A stretch of 64,000 nt of DNA, from the NCBI GenBank assembly GCA_963826115.1, contig CAWGVS010000010.1, forward strand, positions 96,001 to 160,000, read 5' to 3'. The notes beneath the pieces are model-generated. The model did no database searches, was not told where the DNA came from, and saw nothing but the letters and a program-made list of their open reading frames with translations. This document shows, one piece after another, positions 39,497 to 49,019 of this stretch; the stretch's first letter is position 1; each line of letters opens with the position of its first letter. Both the position numbers and the translations under genes were made by a program. Source of the DNA: an uncultured Candidatus Rokubacteria bacterium (GTDB taxonomy: Bacteria; Methylomirabilota; Methylomirabilia; Rokubacteriales; DASRDR01).

Positions 39497-40144
39497 GTGG
39501 CGAAGAACGCCGGTTCCAGCGCGCCGAAAGCCTACCGCCCGCGTGAGTTCGATCTCGCGGGACTTGCAGGCATCTCCGACGCCCAGATCGAGGAGCACCT
39601 CGCGCTCTACGCGGGATACGTGAAGCAGGTGAACGCCTTGAACCAGGGGCTGGCCGAGCTGCGCGGTCGCGGCCAGGCGTCGAGCAAGAGCCCGGAGTTC
39701 GCCGAGCTCACGCGCCGGCTCGGCTTCGAGTACAACGGCATGATCCTGCACGAGTACTACTTCGGCAACCTGCGCGCCGCCGCGGACCCTGCGCCGCCAG
39801 GGCGGTCGGGCCTGTCGGAGGCGCTCGCCGGCTCGTTCGGGTCCGTCGAGCACTGGCGGACGGACTTCCAGGCGATCGGCGGGATGCGAGGGGTTGGCTG
39901 GGCGGTCCTCTTCCAGGATCCGGTCACCGAGCGCCTGACCAATCACTGGATCTCGCTGCACCAGGACGGCGTGCCCGCGGGATTCAAGCCGCTCCTGGTG
40001 ATGGACGTCTGGGAGCACGCGTACATGCGCGACTACAAGGCGACCGAGCGCGACCGGTACATCGAGGCGTTCTTCCGGAACATCGACTGGTCCGCGGTCG
40101 AGACGCGGCTCCAGGACGAGCGCGCCGTCCGGCCCGCGGCCTGA
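39497..40144 (+). CDS. Fe/Mn superoxide dismutase family protein
   Basis: EEHLALYAGYV, LHEYYF, GWAVL, PLLVMDVWEHAY...YIEAFFRNIDW; AAGGAGG RBS. Confidence 0.88.
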   Translation: MAKNAGSSAPKAYRPREFDLAGLAGISDAQIEEHLALYAGYVKQVNALNQGLAELRGRGQASSKSPEFAELTRRLGFEYNGMILHEYYFGNLRAAADPAPPGRSGLSEALAGSFGSVEHWRTDFQAIGGMRGVGWAVLFQDPVTERLTNHWISLHQDGVPAGFKPLLVMDVWEHAYMRDYKATERDRYIEAFFRNIDWSAVETRLQDERAVRPAA

Positions 40145-40169
40145 GCGGTCGTCATGCTGTCCGGCGTCC

Positions 40170-40201
40170 CGTCACGCTGTCGTCGCGACGACACCGTGGC
40201 G
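40170..40201. promoter_or_regulatory. tandem UAS pair
   Basis: CGTCACGCTGTCG (40170) and CGACACCGTGGCG (40189). Confidence 0.8.
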
Positions 40202-40265
40202 AGGACGACCGAGAGGAACACCCGGCCTGGCGGGCGTTTCAGCGTCACGGGCCACGGGATCGACC

Positions 40266-40281
40266 CGGCACGCGACTTGCC
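40266..40281 (+). promoter_or_regulatory. sigma-54 promoter
   Basis: CGGCACGCGACTTGCC. Confidence 0.8.
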
Positions 40282-40355
40282 CTGACTAACGTCGGGGGCC
40301 GCGTGACGCGGCCGCAGCTAGAAACGGGCCGCGATCGCGCGGCGCGGAGGGCAGC

Positions 40356-40544
40356 ATGCGAGGCGCACGGGGCTGGATCGGAATCGCACTGGGGCTCGGC
40401 GTGCTTCTCGCCTGATGCGACCAGGGCCCGGCCCAGAAGGCGGGCGAGAAGATCGACCGGGCTCTCGACCGGCTGAGTGGCAAGGGGCCGCTCGAGAAGG
40501 CCGGCGAGCGGATCGACAAGGCGGTCGAGGAGCTCAAGAAGTAA
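40356..40544 (+). pseudogene. small stress lipoprotein with an in-frame TGA inside its lipobox
   Basis: GGAGG RBS; MRGARGWIGIALGLGVLLA*CDQGPAQKAGEKIDRALDRLSGKGPLEKAGERIDKAVEELKK; TGA at 40413-40415 where the Gly of LAGC is expected. Confidence 0.7.
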
Positions 40545-40619
40545 GGCGGCCGGGCCGGGCGCGCGTCCGGGACACAGCGGACCCGGGCAACGAGCGAACC
40601 GGCGAAGGAGGACATGACG

Positions 40620-40790
40620 ATGCTGTCGATGGCCCTGACGTTCCTGATCGTGGGGCTCGTGGCCGGGCTCCTCGGGCTCTACGGCGTCGCCGCCGTGGCG
40701 ACGCAGATCGCGTGGGTGCTGTTCCTGGTGGGCGTGGTGCTGCTCGTGGTGCACGTGGCCCGGGCGCGACGGCTCCCGCCTGTTGTGTGA
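40620..40790 (+). CDS. DUF1328 (YtjA-like) small membrane protein
   Basis: AAGGAGG RBS; MLSMALTFLIVGLVAGLLGLYGVAAVATQIAWVLFLVGVVLLVVH. Confidence 0.85.
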   Translation: MLSMALTFLIVGLVAGLLGLYGVAAVATQIAWVLFLVGVVLLVVHVARARRLPPVV

Positions 40791-40804
40791 AGGGGGAACG
40801 AACC

Positions 40805-40888
40805 ATGGGCGCTCTGCGGAGCCTGATCACGGCGATCGGCATCTGGCTCGCGTTCGTCCTGGTGTTCACCTCGATCGTCGGCGCCTAG
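40805..40888 (+). CDS. 27-aa single-TM peptide
   Basis: AGGGGGA RBS; MGALRSLITAIGIWLAFVLVFTSIVGA. Confidence 0.55.
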   Translation: MGALRSLITAIGIWLAFVLVFTSIVGA

Positions 40889-40996
40889 GGGCGTGTCAGC
40901 GCCCAGGCGCGCGGTGAGCCGGCGCACCGAGTCGCCGGCGGCAACGCGCGGCCACCCCGCGGTGACCGCGATTCACGCAGTCGAGGAGGTGACGAC

Positions 40997-41086
40997 GTGG
41001 CTCATCAGTACCGCTGTGAGAAGTGCGGACACGTGTCGGACCGGCCGGGCAGCTGCTGCGGTCAGCCGATGAAGGAAATCTCCTAG
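40997..41086 (+). CDS. 29-aa desulforedoxin-like metal-binding peptide
   Basis: GAGGAGG RBS, GTG start; AHQYRCEKCGHVSDRPGSCCGQPMKEIS (CxxC...CCG-x-PM); followed by a terminator. Confidence 0.75.
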   Translation: MAHQYRCEKCGHVSDRPGSCCGQPMKEIS

Positions 41087-41106
41087 CCCACTCGCGGGCC
41101 TACTCG

Positions 41107-41145
41107 GGGAGCGGGACGGCGAGAGCCGCCCCGCTCTCTCTTTTT
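41107..41145 (+). terminator. Rho-independent terminator
   Basis: GGGAGCGGGACGGC-GAGA-GCCGCCCCGCTCTC hairpin followed by TCTTTTT. Confidence 0.75.
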
Positions 41146-41212
41146 CGCCTCGCCGCGCGCCCCACCCGGCGCTTTGACAGCGGCGCTCCCGTGGGGCATC
41201 GTGCCCAGGGTC

Positions 41213-42259
41213 ATGCACGTCGGGATCTTCGTCGAGGAGCGGCGCCGCGGCGCCAGGGAGGCCGTCGCCTTCCGGGACGCCGTCGAGCTCGCCGAGGCGG
41301 CGGAGGCCGGGGGCCTCGACGGCGTGTGGCTGGGCGAGATCCACTTCACCCCGACCCGCTCCGTCCAGTCGGCGCCGATGGCGCTGGCGAGCTACCTGGC
41401 CGCCCGCACCCGCCGGGTGCGCATCGGCACGGCCGTGACGGTGCTGCCGCTCGTCCACCCGCTGCGCATCGCGGAGGAAGCGGCGACCGTGGACCAGCTG
41501 AGCGAGGGCCGCTTCGACCTCGGGATCGGGCGGAGCGGCGCCGCCTCGACCTACGACGCGCTCGGAATCCCGTACGGGGAGAGCCAGGCGCGCTTCGAGG
41601 AGGCGCTGGCGATCATCCGCGAGGCGTGGAAGGGCGAGCCCTTCTCCTACGAGGGCCGGTTCCACCGGATCCGGAACACCGTGGTCACGCCGCGGCCCCA
41701 CCAGGTGCCGCACCCGCCGATCCGGATGGCGGCCAACTCGCCCGAGACCTTCCCCTGGGTCGGCCGGGCCGGCCTGTCACTGTTCGCGGGCCTGCGCGAC
41801 CTCGGCATCCCGGAGATGGGCGAGCACCTCGCGGCGTATCGCGCGGCGTGGCGCGGCGCCGGGCACGCGGGGGCCGGCGACGTCTGCCTCCGCATCCCGC
41901 TTTACGCCGCGCCAACGGAGGCAGAGGCCCGCGAGGAGCCGCGCGAGAACATGACGTACTTCTTCAATCGCCACACGGAGCTCGCGCGGGCGCGCCTGGG
42001 CCGGGCGGGCGCCGGCCCCGTGGAGCGCGGCCAGGCTCGCGTGGCCGACCTGGAGGACCTCTCGTACGACCGGATCCTCGAGACCCGCGCGGCGTTCGGG
42101 ACGGGGGCGAGTCTCGTCGAGCGCCTCCGGCGCCTCCGCGACGAGCTCGGGCTCGACGGCATCATCGCCGAGCTGAACCCGGGCGGCCTCCTCTCGCTCC
42201 CGCAGATGCGCCGCACGCTCGACATCCTCGCCCGCGAGGTCGTCCCCGCGCTCCGCTGA
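41213..42259 (+). CDS. LLM-class flavin-dependent oxidoreductase
   Basis: VWLGEIHF, RVRIGTAVTVLP, HPLRIAEEAATVDQLSEGRFDLGIGR; TTGACA upstream at 41174. Confidence 0.9.
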   Translation: MHVGIFVEERRRGAREAVAFRDAVELAEAAEAGGLDGVWLGEIHFTPTRSVQSAPMALASYLAARTRRVRIGTAVTVLPLVHPLRIAEEAATVDQLSEGRFDLGIGRSGAASTYDALGIPYGESQARFEEALAIIREAWKGEPFSYEGRFHRIRNTVVTPRPHQVPHPPIRMAANSPETFPWVGRAGLSLFAGLRDLGIPEMGEHLAAYRAAWRGAGHAGAGDVCLRIPLYAAPTEAEAREEPRENMTYFFNRHTELARARLGRAGAGPVERGQARVADLEDLSYDRILETRAAFGTGASLVERLRRLRDELGLDGIIAELNPGGLLSLPQMRRTLDILAREVVPALR

Positions 42260-42332
42260 CGCGACATCGCGGCGTGCTAAGCTGGCTGCGGATCGAGCGC
42301 CACCCTCTCCGAGGCCAGCCGAGGAAGAGCCC

Positions 42333-42968
42333 ATGGACGAGCTGCCGTTTCGCGACGTCGTCACGTCCGAGGACGCGCTCCGAGCGATGGTCGGCCGCCC
42401 GAGCGAGCTGGCGATCCGCAAGGAGATCTCGCACCTCGACGCCCACTGCCGAGCCTTCATCGCGCGCTCGCCCTTCGTCCTGATCGCCACCGCGGGGGGG
42501 ACCGGGCGGGCCGACGTGTCGCCGAAGGGCGATCCCCCGGGGTTCGTCCAGGTCCTCGACGAGCACCGGCTCGTCATCCCGGACCGGCCGGGCAACAAGC
42601 GGCTCGACGGCATGCGGAATCTCCTGGAGAACCCCCACGTCGGACTCCTGTTTCTCATCCCGGGCCTGGAGGAGACCCTCCGGGTCAACGGGCGCGCGTG
42701 GATCATCCGCGACGAGGAGATCCTGGCGCGGTGCAGCGTGCAGGGGAAGCGGCCCACGCTGGGCATCGGCGTGTACGCGGAGGAGTGCTTCATCCACTGC
42801 GCCAAGGCCTTCAAGCGCTCGGGCCTGTGGCAGCCGGACCGCTGGCCGGACCGCGCGGGTCTCGCGTCGCCGTCGGAGATGCTGGTCGACCAGGCCCGGC
42901 CGACGGACATGACCGTGCCCCAGATGGACCGGCTGCTCCAGGAGTCCTACGCGAAGAACCTCTACTGA
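42333..42968 (+). CDS. pyridoxamine 5'-phosphate oxidase-like FMN-binding protein (MSMEG_1061 type)
   Basis: DVSPKGDPPGFV, IPDRPGNKRLD, VGLLFLIPG, ETLRVNG, FIHCAKA. Confidence 0.85.
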   Translation: MDELPFRDVVTSEDALRAMVGRPSELAIRKEISHLDAHCRAFIARSPFVLIATAGGTGRADVSPKGDPPGFVQVLDEHRLVIPDRPGNKRLDGMRNLLENPHVGLLFLIPGLEETLRVNGRAWIIRDEEILARCSVQGKRPTLGIGVYAEECFIHCAKAFKRSGLWQPDRWPDRAGLASPSEMLVDQARPTDMTVPQMDRLLQESYAKNLY

Positions 42969-43054
42969 CCGGCGGCGCCGCTCTCCGCCTCCGGCCCGGA
43001 CGAGCCCATGAGGTAATGTGGAAGATGACGGGCACGCCCGGCGGGAGGTTGGTC

Positions 43055-43555
43055 ATGGACGCAAGACGGTCGCTGTTCGGTGGCTCGGTCATCGCGGCGT
43101 CGATGCTGGTGAGCGCGGCCTCGGCCCAGATGCCGGAGGCCATCGCGGCGCCCGGCGAGACGGCCGTCGCCACGCTGCACGCGGAGGGCGCGCAGGTCTA
43201 CGAGTGCAAGGCCGACTCGAGCGGCAAGCTCGCCTGGCAGTTTCGCGAGCCCATCGCCACGCTCCTCCTGGACGGAAAGACGGTTGGGCGGCACTTCGCG
43301 GGCCCGACGTGGGAGCACGGCGACGGGAGTGCGATCGTCGGCAAGGTCGCCGGCCGGGCTCCGGGCGCGACGGCCCAGGACATTCCGTGGCTCAGGCTCG
43401 AGGTCACGGAGCGGCGGGGGAGCGGAGCGCTCTCCGGGGTCACGACGGTCCAGCGCATCCAGACGCGCGGCGGCGCCGCGGAGGGGCCCTGCGACACGGC
43501 CGGCGCCTACCGGAGCGTGCCCTACGCCGCGGACTACGTGTTCCTCCGGAAGTAG
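43055..43555 (+). CDS. DUF3455 secreted protein
   Basis: GAQVYEC, WQFREPIATL, GRHFAGPTW, IPWLRL, VQRIQTRGG, VPYAADYVF. Confidence 0.85.
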   Translation: MDARRSLFGGSVIAASMLVSAASAQMPEAIAAPGETAVATLHAEGAQVYECKADSSGKLAWQFREPIATLLLDGKTVGRHFAGPTWEHGDGSAIVGKVAGRAPGATAQDIPWLRLEVTERRGSGALSGVTTVQRIQTRGGAAEGPCDTAGAYRSVPYAADYVFLRK

Positions 43556-43577
43556 CCGAGAGCCCGAGGAGGCGGCC

Positions 43578-43874
43578 ATGTGCCGGAACATCAAGACCCT
43601 CTACAACTTCGCGCCGCCCGCCACCGAGGACGAGGTCCGCGCGTCGTCCCTCCAGTTCGTCCGGAAGCTGAGCGGCTTCAACCGGCCGTCCCGGGCGAAC
43701 CAGGCCGCGTTCGACCGCGCGGTGGACGAGGTAACCCGCGCCGCGCGCGAGCTCCTCGACTCGCTCGTGACGACCGCGCCCGCGCGCGATCGGGCGGTCG
43801 AGTCCGCGAAGGCCCGCGCCCGGTCGGCCGACCGCTTTGCCGTGCCCCGCGCCGGGAACGCCGCCCGGGGCTGA
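43578..43874 (+). CDS. DUF2277 family protein
   Basis: MCRNIKTLYNFAPPATEDEVRASSLQFVRKLSGF; GAGGAGG RBS. Confidence 0.88.
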   Translation: MCRNIKTLYNFAPPATEDEVRASSLQFVRKLSGFNRPSRANQAAFDRAVDEVTRAARELLDSLVTTAPARDRAVESAKARARSADRFAVPRAGNAARG

Positions 43875-43878
43875 GCCC

Positions 43879-44664
43879 TCAGCGCCCGCGGTAGCGCGGC
43901 GGGCGCTTCTCCACGAAGGCGCGCGCGCCTTCCTGCGCGTCCTCGGTCAGGAAGCAGGCGACGGTCGACGCGGTCTCGAGCGCCATCGCCGTCGCGAGGT
44001 CGCTCTGGCACCCGGACTCGAGCGCGCCCTTCAGCATCGCGATGGGGATCGGCGCCTTCGCCATGATCGTTCGCGCCAGCGCCTCCACCGCCGGGAGGAC
44101 CTGGTCGGCGGGCACGGCGCGGTTCGCGAGCCCCAGGCGCGCGGCCTCCCGGCCGTCGAAGAACTCGCCCGTCATGATGAGCTCCTTGGCCCGCGCGAGG
44201 CCCACGGCGCGAGGCAGGAAGTGGGTGACGCCGCCGGTGCAGAAGAGCCCGACGCCCATCTCCGTGAACGCGAACTTCGCGTCCTCGGCCGCCACCACGA
44301 GGTCGCAGTCGAGGGCGAGCTCGCAGCCGCCGCCCACCGCGTAGCCGTGGACGGCCGCGATGACGGGCTTCGGCATCGTCTTGATGTCGACGGTCACCTG
44401 CTGGATCTCGTCGACGAACGCGCGGACCTCGGCCACGCCGCCGTGTCCCCGGGCGGACTCCTTCAGGTCGTCGCCCGCGCAGAAGGCGCGCCCCTCGCCG
44501 GACAGGATGACGACCCGGACGGCCGGGTCGCGCCCGGCCTCGGCGAAGGCCTGGTGGAGGTCCCGCATCAGCTGCGGCACCATCGCGTTCAGCCGGTGTG
44601 GCCGGTTCAGGCGGATCCGGGCGAGCCCGTCCCGCGCGTCGTACAGGACCGTCTCGAGCGTCAT
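43879..44664 (-). CDS. enoyl-CoA hydratase/isomerase
   Basis: LNRPHRLNAM, AFCAGDDL, KPVIAAVHGYAVGGGCELALDCD. Confidence 0.92.
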   Translation of the reverse strand: MTLETVLYDARDGLARIRLNRPHRLNAMVPQLMRDLHQAFAEAGRDPAVRVVILSGEGRAFCAGDDLKESARGHGGVAEVRAFVDEIQQVTVDIKTMPKPVIAAVHGYAVGGGCELALDCDLVVAAEDAKFAFTEMGVGLFCTGGVTHFLPRAVGLARAKELIMTGEFFDGREAARLGLANRAVPADQVLPAVEALARTIMAKAPIPIAMLKGALESGCQSDLATAMALETASTVACFLTEDAQEGARAFVEKRPPRYRGR

Positions 44665-46277
44665 GCGAGGTCCTCCATGAGGTAGCGTCCGTGCTCGGCG
44701 TCCCACGTCGTCGCCGTCCGCCAGCGGGTGCGGAGGGCGGTCTTCATCACCTTCTGGGTGTCGGTGCGCGGGAGGTCGTCGACCAGCTCCACGTAGCGGA
44801 CGGTCATGTACCGCGGCAGCCGCTCGGCGAGCCAGCCGGCCAGCGCGGGCGCCGCGAGGCCCGTTCCGGGGCGGGGGATCGCCGCCACCTTGATGTCGTC
44901 CTCCGTGAGCTCCGACGGGACCCCGATTGCCGCGGCCTCGACGAGGTCCGGGTGTGCCTGGACCAGCTCCTCCAGCTCCTGGGCCGACACGTTCTCGCCG
45001 CGGCGGCGGATGGAGTCGCTCAGCCGGCCCTCGAAGTAGAGGTAGCCGTCCCGGTCGAGGCGCCCGCGGTCGCCCGTGTGGTGCCAGAGCCCGCGCCGGG
45101 TCCTGAGCGTCGCCTCGGGATCGCCGACGTAGCCCTCCATGATCGCGTGGGGCTCGGTGGCGCGCAGCGCGATCTCGCCGGACTCGCCCGGCGGGAGGCG
45201 CTCGCCTTCCGGCGACAGGATCGCGAGGTCGTAGCCCTCGGCGACCTGGCCGCACGAGCCCGCGGGCTTGGGCCGGCTGGGCCGCCCGCACACCGGGAGG
45301 CCCACGTCGGTCGAGCCGTAGCAGTCGATGAGCGCGCAGCCGAACCGCTCCTCGAAGCCGGGCGCGAAGTCGGGGAGCGGCACGCCCCAGCCGAGCCGCG
45401 CGGGGTTGTCGCGGTCGTCGGGCCGCGGATCCTTCTTCCAGAGGAGCGAGAGCGTGCTCCCCATGAAGTCGAACACGGTGGCCCGAAACTCGCGGATCTC
45501 GTCCCAGAACCGGCGGACCGAGAATCGGACCCCGATCGCCGCCGTCGTCGCGTGATAGAGGGCGGGCGCCACCGTGATGGCCAGCGCGTCGATGTGGTAG
45601 AGCGGGAAGGGGGAGTAGAAGATGTCGCGCCCGCTGAAGTCCCAGTAGCGCTCGGTCGTCTCGCAGATCTTCGTGAACCACCGGTGGGACAGCGCCACGG
45701 CCTTGGACGGTCCCGTCGTCCCCGACGTGCAGAGGATCGCCGCGAGGTCGCCGTCCCCGACGTCCGCCCAGCCCGGGTCGTCGCCGGGCCGCTCGATGTC
45801 GGCCCAGCCGATCCAGCCCGGCGGGATCGGGCCGAGCGCCACCGCGGGCACGTGGACCTCGGCCCGCGCGAGGCCCGCCGCGACGGCGTCGACCGCGAAT
45901 GGCTGCGCGATGAGCAGGGAGGGCGTCGTCCGCCGGAGGACGTTCGCGAGCTGCCCGGCCGTGAAGCCGGGGTTGATCGGGCAGAAGCACGCGCCGACCC
46001 GGAGGCACGCGATCCAGAGCGCGATCATCTCCGGCCGGTTGGTCGACACGATCGCCACGCGGTCGCCGCGCCCGACGCCCCGCGCCGCGAGCCCACCCGC
46101 GAGAGCTGCGGACCAGTCGGCCAGCTCGGCATAGGTGAGGGAGGCTTGCTCCATGGCGAGCGCGGTCTTGCCGGGCGCGGCCCCGAGCGCCGCGCGGAAC
46201 ACGGCGGACACCGTCCGCGGGCGCGGGCGGGCCGGCGCTGGGCCGGCTGCCGCCCGCGAGGCGTCGGGATCTGGCAT
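44661..46277 (-). CDS. ATP-dependent acyl-CoA ligase (CaiC-like)
   Basis: TSGTTGPSK, YGSTD, HTGDRG, IRRRGENVS, LPRTDTQK. Confidence 0.88.
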   Translation of the reverse strand: MPDPDASRAAAGPAPARPRPRTVSAVFRAALGAAPGKTALAMEQASLTYAELADWSAALAGGLAARGVGRGDRVAIVSTNRPEMIALWIACLRVGACFCPINPGFTAGQLANVLRRTTPSLLIAQPFAVDAVAAGLARAEVHVPAVALGPIPPGWIGWADIERPGDDPGWADVGDGDLAAILCTSGTTGPSKAVALSHRWFTKICETTERYWDFSGRDIFYSPFPLYHIDALAITVAPALYHATTAAIGVRFSVRRFWDEIREFRATVFDFMGSTLSLLWKKDPRPDDRDNPARLGWGVPLPDFAPGFEERFGCALIDCYGSTDVGLPVCGRPSRPKPAGSCGQVAEGYDLAILSPEGERLPPGESGEIALRATEPHAIMEGYVGDPEATLRTRRGLWHHTGDRGRLDRDGYLYFEGRLSDSIRRRGENVSAQELEELVQAHPDLVEAAAIGVPSELTEDDIKVAAIPRPGTGLAAPALAGWLAERLPRYMTVRYVELVDDLPRTDTQKVMKTALRTRWRTATTWDAEHGRYLMEDLA

Positions 46278-46294
46278 GGACGCGGCCGAGTCGC

Positions 46295-46732
46295 TCAGGG
46301 GAGGTGGAGCGGCGCCCCGTCCAGGTCCTCGGCCCGCTCGACCCGGATCAGCACGGCGAAGCCCTTCTTCTCCGGATCGCGATCCTTCTCCGGCTGCACC
46401 AGGCGCCGCCAGACCTCCTCGTAGGCCGGGCCGGAGCGGTGAATCGTGGCGATCCCGTAGAAGCGCGCGATGCCGCCCTTCGGGAGGAGGCCCGACTCCC
46501 GGAGCGGCGGCTTCCGCAGGAACACCGTGACCTTGCTGCCGTCGTGGAGGTGCGCCGTCGTGGAGCCCTTGCCGCGCTCCCAGAGCGCCAGGTGGTCGTC
46601 GTCGAAGACCATGGTGCTGCCGCGCGGCGTCACCTGGGCGAAGCCGTTCGGCAGCACCGTGGCGACGAGGCACACGTGCGCGGGGAACGCGGTGTTGATG
46701 TGCTCGTGGAGCGCCTTGGGGATCGTGGCCAC
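46295..46732 (-). CDS. pyridoxamine 5'-phosphate oxidase-like split-barrel protein
   Basis: CLVATVLPNGFAQVTPRGSTMVFDDDHLALWER; GGGAGG RBS. Confidence 0.65.
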   Translation of the reverse strand: MATIPKALHEHINTAFPAHVCLVATVLPNGFAQVTPRGSTMVFDDDHLALWERGKGSTTAHLHDGSKVTVFLRKPPLRESGLLPKGGIARFYGIATIHRSGPAYEEVWRRLVQPEKDRDPEKKGFAVLIRVERAEDLDGAPLHLP

Positions 46733-46885
46733 GCTGTCCTCCCTGTCGTCGCGGCGGCGCCGCGTCGGTCCAAGCACCCGGGACGAAGTCCCTATGATCC
46801 TCGCCGGCCGCCGCCGGCTGTCAAGGGACGACCCCCGCCGGCGCGGCCCTTGAACGACCCGCGGCCGTCGGGCAGAATCGCGGTG

Positions 46886-48001
46886 GTGTCAGCGCTGACC
46901 GAGACACGCCCGCCTCCGTTTCGCGCCGAGCACATCGGCAGCCTCCTCCGGCCCCCGGCGCTGCTCGCAGCGCGGCAGGCCGCCGACGAGGGCCGGCTCG
47001 CCCCCGAGGCCCTCCGGGCCGAGGAGGACGTGCACGTCCGCGACGCGGTCCGCCTCCAGGAGGACGTCGGCCTCCAGGTCGTGACCGACGGCGAGTTCCG
47101 GCGCGGCATCTACTTCGGCCACTTCGGCGCGGCGGTGAGCGGCTTCACCGAGATGGACGCCGAGATGAGCTTCCGCGGCGCGGGCGGCGCGCCGCTCCGC
47201 TACCGCGCGGCGGTCGTGACCGGCCGCCTCGTCCGCCACCGCGGGATCGCCACCGACGAGTTCCGCTTCGTGCGGGCGCTGACCCGCCGGACCCCGAAGG
47301 TCACGCTGCCGAGCCCCTCCTCGCAGCACTTCCTCCGGTGGCGCCCCGGCGTGTCCGACCGCGCGTATCCGGACCTCGAGGCGTTCTTCGCCGACGTCGT
47401 CACGATCTACCGGGCCGAGCTGGCCGATCTGGCGGCGCTCGGCGCCACGTACGTCCAGCTGGACGACGTCCCCCTCGGCCTCCTCTGCGATCCGCAGCAC
47501 CGCGAGGCGTTCCGGGCGAAGGGCTACGATCCCGCGGCGATGCTTGACCGGTACGTGTCGCTCGTGAACGCGGCGGTCGCGGAGCGGCCGCCGGGCCTCG
47601 CGGTCGGCGTTCACGTCTGCCGGGGCAACAACCAGGGGAAGTGGCTGGGGGAGGGCGCCTACGACTACGTCGCCGAGCGCGCCTTCGGCGGGCTCGACGT
47701 CGACGCCTTCTTCCTCGAGTACGACTCCGCGCGGGCCGGCGGGTTCGAGCCGCTCCGCCACGTCGGCCCGGGGCGGACCGTGGTGCTGGGCCTCGTGTCG
47801 ACGAAGACGGGGGCCCTCGAGGACCCCGACGACCTCCGCCGGCGCATCGACGCGGCCGGGCGGTTCGTGCCGCTGGCGCGCCTCGCGCTCAGCCCCCAGT
47901 GCGGCTTCGCGAGCACCGCGCCGGGCAACCCCGTGACCCCCGACGAGCAGCGGCGGAAGCTCGCCCTCGTGGTCGACGTCGCCGGCCGGGTGTGGAGCTG
48001 A
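46886..48001 (+). CDS. cobalamin-independent methionine synthase II family (MetE catalytic-domain-only) protein
   Basis: FRAEHIGSLLRP, TDGEFRR, VHVCRGN, FLEYD, VVLGLVSTK, LSPQCGFAS. Confidence 0.9.
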   Translation: MSALTETRPPPFRAEHIGSLLRPPALLAARQAADEGRLAPEALRAEEDVHVRDAVRLQEDVGLQVVTDGEFRRGIYFGHFGAAVSGFTEMDAEMSFRGAGGAPLRYRAAVVTGRLVRHRGIATDEFRFVRALTRRTPKVTLPSPSSQHFLRWRPGVSDRAYPDLEAFFADVVTIYRAELADLAALGATYVQLDDVPLGLLCDPQHREAFRAKGYDPAAMLDRYVSLVNAAVAERPPGLAVGVHVCRGNNQGKWLGEGAYDYVAERAFGGLDVDAFFLEYDSARAGGFEPLRHVGPGRTVVLGLVSTKTGALEDPDDLRRRIDAAGRFVPLARLALSPQCGFASTAPGNPVTPDEQRRKLALVVDVAGRVWS

Positions 48002-48003
48002 CG

Positions 48004-48414
48004 ATGCCCCTCGAGCACCGGATCGACCACCGTCTGCGGCTCGTGCTGACGCGCGCCGTCGGGACGCTGACCGACGACGAGGTGTTCGCGTACCAGCGCG
48101 AGGTCTGGTCGAGGCCCGACGTCGCGGGCTACGACGAGCTGGTGGACATGAGCGCGGTCCAGCAGGTGTCGGTGCCGTCGATCGAGCGGGTGGCGCAGCT
48201 GGCGTCGCTGTCCGCGGGCATGGACCCGCAGGCGCCCGTCTCCCGCTTCGCCATCGTCGCGCCGCGGGACTTCGAGTACGGGCTGGGGCGCCTCTACGGG
48301 GCGCGCCGCGAGATGGACACGCGGGGCACCAAGCGGGTCGGGGTCTTCCGGACGCGGGCGGAGGCGCTGGCCTGGCTCGGCCTCGAGCGCGAGCCGCCGG
48401 CCGACCCCACCTGA
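48004..48414 (+). CDS. hypothetical protein (STAS/SEC14-like)
   Basis: ELVDMS...FAIVAP...YGLGRLY...VFRTRAEALAWL. Confidence 0.65.
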   Translation: MPLEHRIDHRLRLVLTRAVGTLTDDEVFAYQREVWSRPDVAGYDELVDMSAVQQVSVPSIERVAQLASLSAGMDPQAPVSRFAIVAPRDFEYGLGRLYGARREMDTRGTKRVGVFRTRAEALAWLGLEREPPADPT

Positions 48415-48462
48415 CGGCGCCCGCCACCGCTCGACCAGCCGTCGTGGGCGCGACCATGTCCC

Positions 48463-48972
48463 ATGCGCATCGCTGAGCGGAACGGCGTCTTGGTCCTCCA
48501 GGACTCACCGGGTCTGCACTGGTTCCTCGGGCTCCTGTTCGCGGTGGTCGGCGCGGTCTTCGTCCTCGGCCCGGTGTGGCTCTTCACGAACCGCGCGAGC
48601 GTGTCCTGGGAGGTGCGCGCGCTGGCCGTGCTGATGGGCGGCGTCGGGGTCGCCACGGGCGTCTGGGTTCTCACGCGCGCCCCGCGCTCGACACTCGAGA
48701 TCGATCGCCGGGCCGACCGCGTCCGGATTCGCCGGCGGGGTGTCGGCGGCACCGAGGCGCACGCGTGGCCCATCCAGGAGATCGCGGGCGTCCGCCTGGC
48801 CGACGACCGGGATGACGAGGGTGACGCGGTGTTCCGGGTGGAGGTCGTGCTCCGGAATGGTGACGGCGTGCCGATCTCGCTCCTGTGGACCCATGGGCGC
48901 GAGCCGGCGGAGACGGTGGTGCGGCGCCTGCAGGAGGCGCTCGCGATGCCCCGGCCTGACAGCTCGCGCTGA
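48463..48972 (+). CDS. hypothetical two-TM membrane protein
   Basis: Two hydrophobic helices followed by a soluble domain. Confidence 0.6.
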   Translation: MRIAERNGVLVLQDSPGLHWFLGLLFAVVGAVFVLGPVWLFTNRASVSWEVRALAVLMGGVGVATGVWVLTRAPRSTLEIDRRADRVRIRRRGVGGTEAHAWPIQEIAGVRLADDRDDEGDAVFRVEVVLRNGDGVPISLLWTHGREPAETVVRRLQEALAMPRPDSSR

Positions 48973-49019
48973 ACTCGCCCGAGAGACGCCCCGTCGCACG
49001 GGGCGGGAAAGGACCGGCG

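Noticed and set aside
42262-42274. Single CGACATCGCGGCG resembling the enhancer site
   Set aside because: No partner at 19 bp and no sigma-54 promoter; followed by a sigma-70-like TGCTAAGCT
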